Program-made: the position numbers and the translations under genes
In this document: positions 35,298 to 44,150 of the stretch, in pieces
Numbering within the stretch: position 1 is the stretch's first letter
Layout of the letters: every line of letters starts with the position of its first letter
The notes under the pieces: model-generated
Told to the model about the DNA's origin: nothing
Seen by the model: only the letters and a program-made list of their open reading frames with translations
The model's database searches: none
Virus record (IMG/VR): IMGVR_UViG_3300012007_000011
Coordinates: 64,155 to 127,383 of that record
Reading direction: 5' to 3' (one strand)
From: a virus
Lineage: Duplodnaviria; Heunggongvirae; Uroviricota; Caudoviricetes
Length of the DNA: 63,229 bases

Positions 35298-35478
35298 TCG
35301 GAGTTGTGTGACTCGAACACACGACCACTGCATCGCTGTATAAATGGTAATCGCAACCATTTTTAATCCTTATGAGGATTAGAATTATCTAAATATATTC
35401 TATATACAGTTTCATTTTTTTCAGTCTTTTGTTGACTGTATCCAAATGCAGCATTCTAACCTACTGAACTAAACTCCG
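35298..35478 (-). tRNA. tRNA-Pro(TGG) interrupted by a 107-nt insert (35335-35441)
   Basis: 5' exon CGGAGUU UA GUUC AGUAGGUUA GAAU G CUGCA UUUGG and 3' exon GA UGCAG UGGUC GUGUG UUCGAGU CACAC AACUCCG A join into a perfect cloverleaf. Confidence 0.9.
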
Positions 35479-35507
35479 TTTTTCAAAGAACTCTTTATCA
35501 TTTCTGA

Positions 35508-35548
35508 TTTCGTTTGCAAAGGTAAGTCATTTTTTTGACTTGGCCAAA
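35508..35548 (-). promoter_or_regulatory. Bacteroidota-type promoter upstream of tRNA-Pro
   Basis: TTTGG-N19-TACCTTTGCAAACGAAA. Confidence 0.75.
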
Positions 35549-35693
35549 CTTTTCATTAACTTTTTTCATTTGTTATTTGTGTTTTAACGTTTCTTTACGT
35601 TTTTATACAAAAAGAAAACCTTGATTTCAACTTTTTGTGGGAGTTTCTTTCAAGGCTTTCAGGGAAATATATATTGAGTTTAAAACGGATTGT

Positions 35694-35873
35694 CTATGCT
35701 ATCATCCTAAGTTTTGTTTTATTTCTCTTATATACCTTTTTTATTCCTCCACTGTTTGCATCATTATACCAAAAATGTTTTGGTTCTGATTGCAATGTAC
35801 ATGGTAAATATTGGGGAACTAACTGTTCTGTTCCTCTACTAATAAAACCATATGTATTATCAAAACTAAACAT
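35694..35873 (-). CDS. Small hypothetical protein (59 aa), absent from ORF track
   Basis: MFSFDNTYGFISRGTEQLVPQYLPC...; TATTTATA motif near 35910. Confidence 0.45.
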   Translation of the reverse strand: MFSFDNTYGFISRGTEQLVPQYLPCTLQSEPKHFWYNDANSGGIKKVYKRNKTKLRMIA

Positions 35874-35958
35874 TCTTTAATATTATTTGTTGAAATCAAT
35901 TATCGTATTATAAATATATAGCAATTTTCAAAAAGTTTCAAAAATTAAGAAAATTTTT

Positions 35959-36276
35959 TTACTCATCACCATCAGAAAAGCCATTATTCATTAACTCTTC
36001 ATATAAAGCTTCAAGATTTTGGTCAACACTAAGACTTGGGTCAACCTCTATTGTAACTCCCATACATGACATGGTTTGCTTGTTGGGGTCATATTCGATT
36101 TCACCATACTGCCATTCACCTTCTTGATTTTTCATTTCAAATCCCCAAAGAGGTCTATTATAATTTTGTCTGGCTGTATTATAGTCTTGTTCAAAATCTT
36201 CTTTTAATACTCTCTTCACTGATTCAGAAATCATATTTCTGAGTTCGCTTTCAGTAAGTCTAATTGTTCTCTTCAT
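35959..36276 (-). CDS. Hypothetical protein with MKRTIRLTESELR tag
   Basis: Shared leader; AACTATTTATATAG upstream. Confidence 0.75.
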   Translation of the reverse strand: MKRTIRLTESELRNMISESVKRVLKEDFEQDYNTARQNYNRPLWGFEMKNQEGEWQYGEIEYDPNKQTMSCMGVTIEVDPSLSVDQNLEALYEELMNNGFSDGDE

Positions 36277-36315
36277 ATATTGTTTTCTTATCTCCTTTAT
36301 TTTCTATATAAATAG

Positions 36316-37758
36316 TTAACTTTTGTCAAAAAAGTGTTTTTCTGTACAATAATTAAGCCACATTTCAAGTTCTTTTGAAGAAAATGTATAATAACCACCA
36401 TTTTTATATTTGCCAACAGCCTTGATATATTCAACAAAATCATTTGAAAGGTCAAGTCTGATTTTTTCCATAACTTTAGTTTCAACGTCTCTATTGTATA
36501 ATGGTATATAATAGCCGCTATATACACCTGTTTGTTCTCCTCCCACAATAAAATATAACTTTATATCATCACTGTTTCGTATAAGATTATTAATGGCTAC
36601 TTTATCATATTTAACATCATTTAATGCTTGTGTCCTGCCATATAAGTACCAAGCAGGATTTTCAGTATTGACTTCCATTTCTATGGCTTTGTTTCTCATG
36701 AAATCAACCAAATTATTATCAATGTCCAACAAACTCAAAGGTTTTCCATTTTCATCATACGGATAAAAGAAATAATGTGTTTCACCATTCGATGCTTTAT
36801 AAACAGTTATAATGTTTTTATCTTCTTTATTTGGATAATCATCAATAATAAAGAATTTATCATTCAATGTTGCAAAACCATTCTTAACCCTTATTCTGTT
36901 TTTATCTTTCTTATCAATATTCTCAATATCTGAAAGCATTTTCAATGTGTTTCTATCTGTAAGATATATTTTTCCATTTACCATGCAGTCTTCAAGTTTT
37001 TCCATTGTCTGAATAAATTTTAAATCTGTATCAGACGTATTTCTATAACAGACAAATATATTATTCGTTTTCGGTGTCTTGGATAACAGCGTTATGCAAG
37101 TATATGTGTTAAACCCCTCAAAAACTTTATAATGTCCATATTGATATATTTCAAGCAATGTCTTGCTTTCCTTAAGATAATTTCTGAAATTAGTTCCTGC
37201 TGTACTTGTAAGCCAACTATTTGGTGTAATATATGCAAGTTTTCCATTTTCATTTAACATGCTTATCCCTATTTCAAAGAAAACAAGATACATATCCGTC
37301 ATTCCACCATTGGCAAACTTATATTTTTTTACGATATCTCTTTTTACCTTTGATATATCATGTATATTACAATAAGGTGGATTGCCGATAACATAATCCA
37401 TTTTATTGTCAAAATAACTAACAAACATCGCATCATCACAAATGATGTCCCAGTCAACTGAACCCAATGAATATTCTTCGGCTATCTTATTGAGGTTATT
37501 AATGGTTTCTCTGACTAATTTTGCATCAATCTCGATTCCGTGTATATATGTCTCAAGTTCCTTAATTGTTTCCTCTTTCGGTAAACCACACATAATACAT
37601 ACATTGATATATGTTCTGACAACTTTTTTCAATATTGCACCATTGCCACAACTATTATCAATTATATGTTTCTTTCTTATTTTATCACATTTATATTCCA
37701 ATTCCTCAAACATTGTATCAACCACATGTTCTGGAGTAAAAACCTGCTCATTATGCAT
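36316..37758 (-). CDS. Eco57I/type IIG-like N6-adenine DNA methyltransferase
   Basis: IDNSCGNGAIL and IGNPPY motifs. Confidence 0.85.
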   Translation of the reverse strand: MHNEQVFTPEHVVDTMFEELEYKCDKIRKKHIIDNSCGNGAILKKVVRTYINVCIMCGLPKEETIKELETYIHGIEIDAKLVRETINNLNKIAEEYSLGSVDWDIICDDAMFVSYFDNKMDYVIGNPPYCNIHDISKVKRDIVKKYKFANGGMTDMYLVFFEIGISMLNENGKLAYITPNSWLTSTAGTNFRNYLKESKTLLEIYQYGHYKVFEGFNTYTCITLLSKTPKTNNIFVCYRNTSDTDLKFIQTMEKLEDCMVNGKIYLTDRNTLKMLSDIENIDKKDKNRIRVKNGFATLNDKFFIIDDYPNKEDKNIITVYKASNGETHYFFYPYDENGKPLSLLDIDNNLVDFMRNKAIEMEVNTENPAWYLYGRTQALNDVKYDKVAINNLIRNSDDIKLYFIVGGEQTGVYSGYYIPLYNRDVETKVMEKIRLDLSNDFVEYIKAVGKYKNGGYYTFSSKELEMWLNYCTEKHFFDKS

Positions 37759-37763
37759 AAATT

Positions 37764-38693
37764 TTAACCTTTTAATTCCGGTAATTTTCCATTAAAGTTA
37801 TTAAGTGTATTCCCATAATCTAAATACTCATAAGCAATCTTTGGTATAAACCTATTCATATGTCTTTCTATTTCCTTATATTTCTTGTTAATATAATTTA
37901 CAAAATTTTTATAAGTTCTGAATTTTAGATTAGAAAGGTCTGATACCCACGATAAAACAATATTTTGTGATTTTTCATCACTAATATTACTGAAAAAATC
38001 TATATAACTTTTTATTAAACTATAACGTTTATACACATCAGTTTTTCTTAGAAAATCAACTATTTGTTGTATATTAACAAAATATTTATCACAATTTTGC
38101 AATTCACCTTTTAATTGCGATAAGTGAGCATTTACTTCAAAATCTGTAAGATAATATAAAATATATGATATATATTTCTTTTCATTATCATAGTTTCCGA
38201 CTGAATTGTTTAAATAATATCCGTTATCTAATGCTTTGTCAGTAATACTTGGCTTAACATTTATTTTTCTATTATAGTCTTCATAAGCATGTGTCAATTC
38301 GTGCATAAGATTAATAACAATGTTATTGGATGCTAAATTCACACTTAATTTTAATGGCAAATATTTACGTGTATTATTAACTGACTTAACAATTTGTGAA
38401 GACGTATTATAAGCGGCACCTGTATTGGAGTTTTCATCATAATAAACCATTATTTCGAACGTTTCTATCCACTTACAGTTTTTTGTGTGCAAATTTAAAA
38501 CTCTACTTTCGCCACTTTTCAAATTTATTTCTTTAATATTGTTGTAAATTTGTTTTGCAAGTTCGTAACAGCCATCAAAAACACCATAACTCTCATTAAG
38601 TTTTCTGAAAGTTAACTTTGAATTATGTTCATTAAGGAATTTTCCATTCCTATAATAAAATTCAATAAAAATATGTGTAAATAGATTATTCAT
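37764..38693 (-). CDS. HExxH-containing hypothetical protein, possibly virion-associated
   Basis: LMHELTHAYED ... FEVNAH. Confidence 0.6.
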   Translation of the reverse strand: MNNLFTHIFIEFYYRNGKFLNEHNSKLTFRKLNESYGVFDGCYELAKQIYNNIKEINLKSGESRVLNLHTKNCKWIETFEIMVYYDENSNTGAAYNTSSQIVKSVNNTRKYLPLKLSVNLASNNIVINLMHELTHAYEDYNRKINVKPSITDKALDNGYYLNNSVGNYDNEKKYISYILYYLTDFEVNAHLSQLKGELQNCDKYFVNIQQIVDFLRKTDVYKRYSLIKSYIDFFSNISDEKSQNIVLSWVSDLSNLKFRTYKNFVNYINKKYKEIERHMNRFIPKIAYEYLDYGNTLNNFNGKLPELKG

Positions 38694-38724
38694 TTTTTTT
38701 TTGGTTAAACCATTAATTTAAAAA

Positions 38725-38758
38725 GCCCACAGAGCAGAAGTAACCCTGTTCCGTGAGC
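38725..38758 (-). terminator. Terminator of the Ro60 gene containing GUUACUUC
   Basis: GCUCACGGA..UCUGUGGGC-UUUUU. Confidence 0.6.
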
Positions 38759-38782
38759 AAACAATAGAAGTTTCACTGAAGT

Positions 38783-40456
38783 CTAAATCTCAATTGCTTC
38801 AATTTCTTTGATGATAGCGTCCCAACCTCGGCACTGAGACTTGATAGTGTCAAAAATTTTGTCACTCCAACCAGCAATGTTAAGGATTCGCTGTGACTTG
38901 TCGAATACACTCGTTCCGCCACTCTGACGAATATTTACCACAATGAAGTTGGCATTCGGATTAATTTTTCTGAACTCTTTGAAAAGTTCATGGAAATGCT
39001 CACTTTTTTCGCCATATGTATGTCCATACCAAGCGGTAAATGGGCCACCACGTCCAATCTGACAATCTGAGAAGACAATAATATTGTCAATCTTCTTTCT
39101 TTCCTTTACAACATTCTCAAGGAATGTGTAAATACCCGCTTCAGTTGCACCTCCGCAACGTCCACCAATCTCATATGATTCCTTATTGAAATCAAGGAGT
39201 TTCACATTACGCTTGTAAGGTACTTGGATAAGTCTGTCACCGAACAAACCAACATACACATCATGCTGTCTCCAAGCCATCATGCTTGCGAACAAATGCG
39301 CAATCATTGAAGAATTAGTTTTGCTGAATGCAGAGACACGTGAATGTCCACCAGCATCACCACGCATAGAACCGCTATCATCTACAAGGATTGCACAATT
39401 ACCATCCAATACAGGAATGTTCTGGCAAGCAATCTCAATGGCCGTCTCAATTGCATCAAGCAAGTTCTTCTTCAGTTCATTAAACTTACTCTCACTAACT
39501 TGCTGCTTTGACTCTTCGCTCTCAAAGACAATACTGGTTGTCGGCTTTGTCTTTGTATCAGCATACATTACCTTCTCAATCTCAGCGTAAGCGGTTGCGA
39601 AGCGGAATGGAAGAAGCCTTGAATTGAGAATCTTCTTTTCAATTGTCAGTTGCTCACAAGCATCATTCACCTTATCAGGAGCATATAAGAGAATGTTTCT
39701 GAGGTTGCGAAGCAGGTTCATAACAGGCATACCCTTAACATTGTCAAGAACTGCTGTAATTGCCTCACGCTTTGCCTCCATCTTTTCTTCCTGTGTAGCA
39801 TCCTTTGTTGTCTGTCCTGCCTTAGTCATTTCCTTTTCAAGAACCTTGCTCTCATAAAGGTCTGCAAGACTTTCACCGTTTACCAGACGCTTGTATGCCT
39901 CTGCATTCTTCTGATTACCCTTTGGGTGGAAAAGACGCACAAGGTCAATAAGTGAAACCTCACGATTCTGCATCTTATACTTGTCAATCTGATAAGCATC
40001 AAGACGTTCCAATGCCTCCTTGAAGCCTTTCTTGATTGAATTTGGAATCTTCTTAAGGTCATTAAGTCCCATTCCATTAAGGTTAGCATATGCTGACACG
40101 ATTTCACTCATGTCATCCGGACGCACAACGATTCGGTTATAGAAACGCTTACCCCAATCAGTACCACCAACATACTTTGCAAGCAATGCAGATACAAGGT
40201 GAGTTACTGAACGAAGATTACCCTCGTTACGTGCATAGATTGCCAACTTAGCAGCAAACAGTGGGTCAACCTTATCAACAAGGTCTGTAATGCGCTTAAC
40301 AATCTCACCCTCTCGCTCATAGTATGAGTTCTGCAAAAATGTAGTCATTACAGTTGACACCAACAACTCCTTATCTGCCAACTTAAATGCCATCTCACCC
40401 ATGTAGTTCACTTCTGTTGGCTTAACACTCTCTTTCTTTGAATTGTACTTTCCCAT
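38783..40456 (-). CDS. rsr: Ro60/TROVE-domain ribonucleoprotein with vWA domain
   Basis: N-terminal NYMGEMAF..KELLV, AIYARNEGNLRSV, ALLRNLRN-like NLLRNLRN, LLPFRF, MIDAS LVDDSGSM, IIVFSDCQ, IAGWSD. Confidence 0.9.
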   Translation of the reverse strand: MGKYNSKKESVKPTEVNYMGEMAFKLADKELLVSTVMTTFLQNSYYEREGEIVKRITDLVDKVDPLFAAKLAIYARNEGNLRSVTHLVSALLAKYVGGTDWGKRFYNRIVVRPDDMSEIVSAYANLNGMGLNDLKKIPNSIKKGFKEALERLDAYQIDKYKMQNREVSLIDLVRLFHPKGNQKNAEAYKRLVNGESLADLYESKVLEKEMTKAGQTTKDATQEEKMEAKREAITAVLDNVKGMPVMNLLRNLRNILLYAPDKVNDACEQLTIEKKILNSRLLPFRFATAYAEIEKVMYADTKTKPTTSIVFESEESKQQVSESKFNELKKNLLDAIETAIEIACQNIPVLDGNCAILVDDSGSMRGDAGGHSRVSAFSKTNSSMIAHLFASMMAWRQHDVYVGLFGDRLIQVPYKRNVKLLDFNKESYEIGGRCGGATEAGIYTFLENVVKERKKIDNIIVFSDCQIGRGGPFTAWYGHTYGEKSEHFHELFKEFRKINPNANFIVVNIRQSGGTSVFDKSQRILNIAGWSDKIFDTIKSQCRGWDAIIKEIEAIEI

Positions 40457-40516
40457 ATTCGTTACACTATTTAATTTGTTATTAAAAGAAATTAACTAAC
40501 TCTCATTTGAAATTTA

Positions 40517-40596
40517 ATCAGAGAAAAACATTCAGACTGTTATCAATTTTTTAAGCCTGTTCATAATATCGAAGTAAGTCTGAAACCACTACTGAT
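40517..40596 (-). ncRNA. Y-RNA-like element Y7 in the leader of the Ro60 gene
   Basis: Scaffold ends identical to Y3/Y4 with a different loop; 60 nt upstream of the ATG. Confidence 0.75.
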
Positions 40597-40600
40597 TTGA

Positions 40601-40641
40601 TTTCGTTTGCAAAGGTAAGTCAAATTTTTGAAACCACCAAA
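40601..40641 (-). promoter_or_regulatory. Bacteroidota-type promoter for Y7-Ro60
   Basis: TTTGG-N19-TACCTTTGCAAACGAAA. Confidence 0.75.
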
Positions 40642-40679
40642 TTTATTTTGTTAAAAATTGTAAAAATCTTAAAAATTCT

Positions 40680-40925
40680 TCAAGGTCTGCTATCAACCAC
40701 CTCTGAAAACTCGTCTTTTGTAAGATACCAGAACGGTTTCTTACCATCCTCATATTGCATTTTTATAAAATCATTGGGGTGCAATGCTAAATGGCATAAA
40801 ACTCTAAATACATTAAAGATATTACTATCGTCCCATCCTGTCTTTCTTGCTCTAAGATAAATCACAATTGGCACTAACAATATACCAATTATTAAGCCTA
40901 AAATAAATAATAATACATAAATCAT
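40680..40925 (-). CDS. Small membrane protein
   Basis: N-terminal transmembrane segment. Confidence 0.6.
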   Translation of the reverse strand: MIYVLLFILGLIIGILLVPIVIYLRARKTGWDDSNIFNVFRVLCHLALHPNDFIKMQYEDGKKPFWYLTKDEFSEVVDSRP

Positions 40926-40935
40926 AATTTTCTTT

Positions 40936-41889
40936 TTAATACAAATCCTTTATTATTGCTTCGTCAGGTATCCATGTTGTTACACTTCCAATTTTTGCAT
41001 CAACAGGTACTCTGATTTTCTTATAACCGACTTCCTTACGATACCAAAGTCCATCTTCCCTTTGTTCGCTATCATTTGTATATGTCCAATACCATTCAAC
41101 CTCTTCACCGTTTGTTAACACTGATTTATGATGATGTTCTAAATCAAACAAATGTACTAAATCATTCCATACAAATAAATCATCAATATCATGAAAATAA
41201 AAATAATCAGGATTTGGATAAGTGCGAATAACCCATCTGATTCTGGAATCTATATTATCAATATTATTTTTCTGCTTATATTTTATCCATTCTATAATAT
41301 TATCAACACTATATTCCTCTATATCATCTCCGTATATTTCATGAAATGTTGGAATCATTGATGAAATTTTTTCTTCCCAAGTTGTTGTTTCAATTTTATA
41401 GCCACGTTCATTATCTGTAAGAATAACGTCAATTGTATAATATTTAAGATAGTCTTCTTTTGACTTAATATCATAATCTTCAATAAACTGACAGAATATG
41501 TCTATTGCACTTGTATAAATCCTATTCATTGATGTAATAGGAAAATGCCACTCAGGACCATTTCCAAACTGCAACTTCTGTTCAATTTCTCTATTAATAT
41601 CAAATGCAGTAAAAATTGAACGTTCATTCGTCATTCGTCCATAACAATGTGTTCCAATATCGCCTGCTCTCATATGTGCTGCTATTGTATGCCTTCCTAT
41701 ACAATAACGATAAGACATCCACATTGAATCTTCCTCATAACCATTAAAGTCAGTTAAAGAAGTGTTCTTTTTAACAAAATAATTAAAAAATGATAATATA
41801 ACATTCTGTTTTTCAATTGGCATGTCAACCCCAAAAGTTTTAGTACCAACTTTTACAGTATTCTTTTCGGTGTCATAAACTATCTTCAT
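40936..41889 (-). CDS. Hypothetical protein
   Basis: 317-aa ORF. Confidence 0.7.
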   Translation of the reverse strand: MKIVYDTEKNTVKVGTKTFGVDMPIEKQNVILSFFNYFVKKNTSLTDFNGYEEDSMWMSYRYCIGRHTIAAHMRAGDIGTHCYGRMTNERSIFTAFDINREIEQKLQFGNGPEWHFPITSMNRIYTSAIDIFCQFIEDYDIKSKEDYLKYYTIDVILTDNERGYKIETTTWEEKISSMIPTFHEIYGDDIEEYSVDNIIEWIKYKQKNNIDNIDSRIRWVIRTYPNPDYFYFHDIDDLFVWNDLVHLFDLEHHHKSVLTNGEEVEWYWTYTNDSEQREDGLWYRKEVGYKKIRVPVDAKIGSVTTWIPDEAIIKDLY

Positions 41890-41907
41890 AATTTTTCTTT
41901 TTTTTTG

Positions 41908-42258
41908 TTATTGTTTGTGCTTCATAATTTCCATTGAAATTTCTTCAATATAGCCGTGATGGAAGCCAAGTTCACCGAGCCAATGCGCATAATCCATTGC
42001 AGCACATATATCTGTTTCACACTCAACAGGATAAAAATTACCAAGAAGTTGATGCGTTGTCATTTTAAACTTTTGGCCAAGATTATTATCACTCCTTACC
42101 TCATATTCTCCATCATTGTGATATTCAAACCAATATGTTTCACCTTTTTTCATCCAACTAAGAAATGGTCTCACACATCTGAAGAACTGTTGACTAACAT
42201 AATTAGATATTTCATTTTCTGTAAAAAAATCTCTACTATCAGGTATTAAAGCATCCAT
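41908..42258 (-). CDS. Hypothetical protein
   Basis: ORF in operon. Confidence 0.6.
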   Translation of the reverse strand: MDALIPDSRDFFTENEISNYVSQQFFRCVRPFLSWMKKGETYWFEYHNDGEYEVRSDNNLGQKFKMTTHQLLGNFYPVECETDICAAMDYAHWLGELGFHHGYIEEISMEIMKHKQ

Positions 42259-42270
42259 AAAAATCTTATA

Positions 42271-43104
42271 TTAGTTTTTTATATATAAACTCTCATAAAC
42301 CATTGCATTTTTATCTGTCTCTTTTAGTCTTTTAAAAGAACTGTTTCCACTTGAAAGATAATAATGTTCATCATATAAATGTTTTGGCACTTCAAAAGTA
42401 TTGTCTTTATTACCACTTTTACCATCATATGATAAAGCCCATTTACAATCAATGTTGTTTAGCCAATTAAAGAATCTATCATTATCAAAATTGTTATTAT
42501 ACATCCCATTTGTATTAGCATAAGGTGGGTCAAGATAAAGAAAATCATTTTCTTTCGGTCTTATCCACTGATAAGTTAACATTTTAAATTCTACGTTATG
42601 GTTATTTAAAAGTTCTGACCATTCAATGATGATTTTTTCAAGAGTATTTGGCTTTATACCCCCTCTATTTATATGAAATGGTGAATTAAACTCTCCATTT
42701 TTATTATATCTTATTAAACCATTAAAGCATGTTCTATCTAAAAACATAAAATCCAATGGATTTTTTTCTTTATTAAATTTTTCTCTGATTTTCTCATAAA
42801 ACCTTTTTTGCCCTTCAATATCAGCAATTGCATTTAATTGTTCCCATAACTTTTTATATTCTGTTACAACAAGTTTTGGGTTTGTTTTAATCATTTGCCA
42901 TAGGCTAATCAACGTTATATTAATATCAGAACATATAAAATTATTAACCTTAATATCCGTATTAAAAATCGCTCTTAATACAGAACATCCACCACAAAAT
43001 GGTTCATAATATGTGTCAATTTCCCGTGGAAAAAAACTTACTATATTTGAAGCTTGACTTCTTTTGCTTCCACTCCATTTAATTGCTGGTTGAAATGTTT
43101 TCAT
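42271..43104 (-). CDS. Dam-like (D12 class) DNA adenine methyltransferase
   Basis: IKWSGSK, YYEPFCGG, FNGLIRYN, LYLDPPY; start moved to MKTFQP. Confidence 0.9.
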   Translation of the reverse strand: MKTFQPAIKWSGSKRSQASNIVSFFPREIDTYYEPFCGGCSVLRAIFNTDIKVNNFICSDINITLISLWQMIKTNPKLVVTEYKKLWEQLNAIADIEGQKRFYEKIREKFNKEKNPLDFMFLDRTCFNGLIRYNKNGEFNSPFHINRGGIKPNTLEKIIIEWSELLNNHNVEFKMLTYQWIRPKENDFLYLDPPYANTNGMYNNNFDNDRFFNWLNNIDCKWALSYDGKSGNKDNTFEVPKHLYDEHYYLSSGNSSFKRLKETDKNAMVYESLYIKN

Positions 43105-43355
43105 AAACTTTGTTTTTTCAATAATTCCCATTTTAATTGTTCTGCCCAATGTGCGGCATGTCCCAATGCCTTACATAAATCATCAACTATTATAAAAATA
43201 TCAATATCTTCTTTTTTGTTCTCATTTAATAGTTGTACTTTAATATTTTCGGCTATATTTCTAACTTTATCCACTGATTCAATACAATCTTCAAAACTCT
43301 TTTTCTCCATATAATAAAACATTATAACTATATAATATACATAAAGCACTATCAA
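43101..43355 (-). CDS. Hypothetical protein
   Basis: Probable start MEKKSF. Confidence 0.5.
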   Translation of the reverse strand: MIVLYVYYIVIMFYYMEKKSFEDCIESVDKVRNIAENIKVQLLNENKKEDIDIFIIVDDLCKALGHAAHWAEQLKWELLKKQSL

Positions 43356-43608
43356 GTTCTTGTATTGTCATAACAGTGCCAACTGTTTCATTTGGCTTAT
43401 TTTCAAACCTTAATGTATAATATCCGTAATAGTCAGGACAAGGGTCTGTTCTTTCACACGAATATTCATCATGATAATCTTGCCAATCAACATAAAGTTT
43501 ACATTCATTATACATGTTTATATCTTTTATATCTTCTAAAAGAGAATCAAACAATAGTTGCTGTTCAATTGGAATAATATTTCTAAAATTTCCCTCTGTT
43601 AACCTCAT
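43291..43608 (-). CDS. Hypothetical protein
   Basis: First gene after a TATATTTG promoter near 43635. Confidence 0.6.
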   Translation of the reverse strand: MRLTEGNFRNIIPIEQQLLFDSLLEDIKDINMYNECKLYVDWQDYHDEYSCERTDPCPDYYGYYTLRFENKPNETVGTVMTIQELDSALCILYSYNVLLYGEKEF

Positions 43609-43717
43609 AATTTTTGTTTTATTCTTTTTGACAAATATAATACAAAAAATTGGATAAACAAAGAATTTTTGACTAATATTTATATAATAGATATAATTTT
43701 AATGAAATTTAACAAAA

Positions 43718-44125
43718 ATGAGTTATCAAGAAACTTGTGATATGATTTTCAAGTTGTATCTTTATGCCGATACTGCAAAAATGATACATTATTCAATTGA
43801 TAGTATGCATGGCCACGAATTAGCCGATGAAGTAAGAGATACTATTATTGAATTTGCTGATGAACTTGCTGAACAATATTTTGGTTATTATGGTAAACCA
43901 CGTTTCGGTCAATTATCAATAAAGCACGACATTAAAATTGAAGAAGACATTAATAAACTTTGTCAGAACTGTCTTGATATGGTTGAGATTGTCAGAACGG
44001 AATGTAGCAAAAATAATAAATTATCCGGTATAGTTTCATTAGTTGATGGTTTCAAGGAAAAAATGAGTAAACTTGTCTTTTTGGGTACTTTTGATAAAGT
44101 GTCAAATACAAAATTAGGAAAATAA
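43718..44125 (+). CDS. Ferritin/Dps-like four-helix protein (DUF5856-like)
   Basis: AKMIHY...GHELAD....DELAEQYFGYYG; TATTTATA upstream. Confidence 0.6.
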   Translation: MSYQETCDMIFKLYLYADTAKMIHYSIDSMHGHELADEVRDTIIEFADELAEQYFGYYGKPRFGQLSIKHDIKIEEDINKLCQNCLDMVEIVRTECSKNNKLSGIVSLVDGFKEKMSKLVFLGTFDKVSNTKLGK

Positions 44126-44150
44126 CATTATTTAAAATATTATATATATT

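Noticed and set aside
29283-35328. ORF-track ORFs in the RNA island (29283, 29560, 30765, 31851, 31958, 32598, 32933, 33313, 33537, 33738, 33760, 34668, 34718, 34884, 35128)
   Set aside because: They overlap tRNAs or structured RNAs, mostly antisense, and have atypical composition.
35335-35441. Group I intron, BHB intron or hammerhead as the identity of the tRNA-Pro insert
   Set aside because: It is too short and lacks P7 and omega-G. The BHB central helix does not form. The string GUC..CUGAAAA..GAAAC resembles a type III hammerhead core, but G8 and stems I and II are missing.
35635-35880. 81-aa plus-strand ORF
   Set aside because: It has a GTG start and no promoter. The overlapping 59-aa minus-strand ORF has an ATG and a late-type motif and is preferred.
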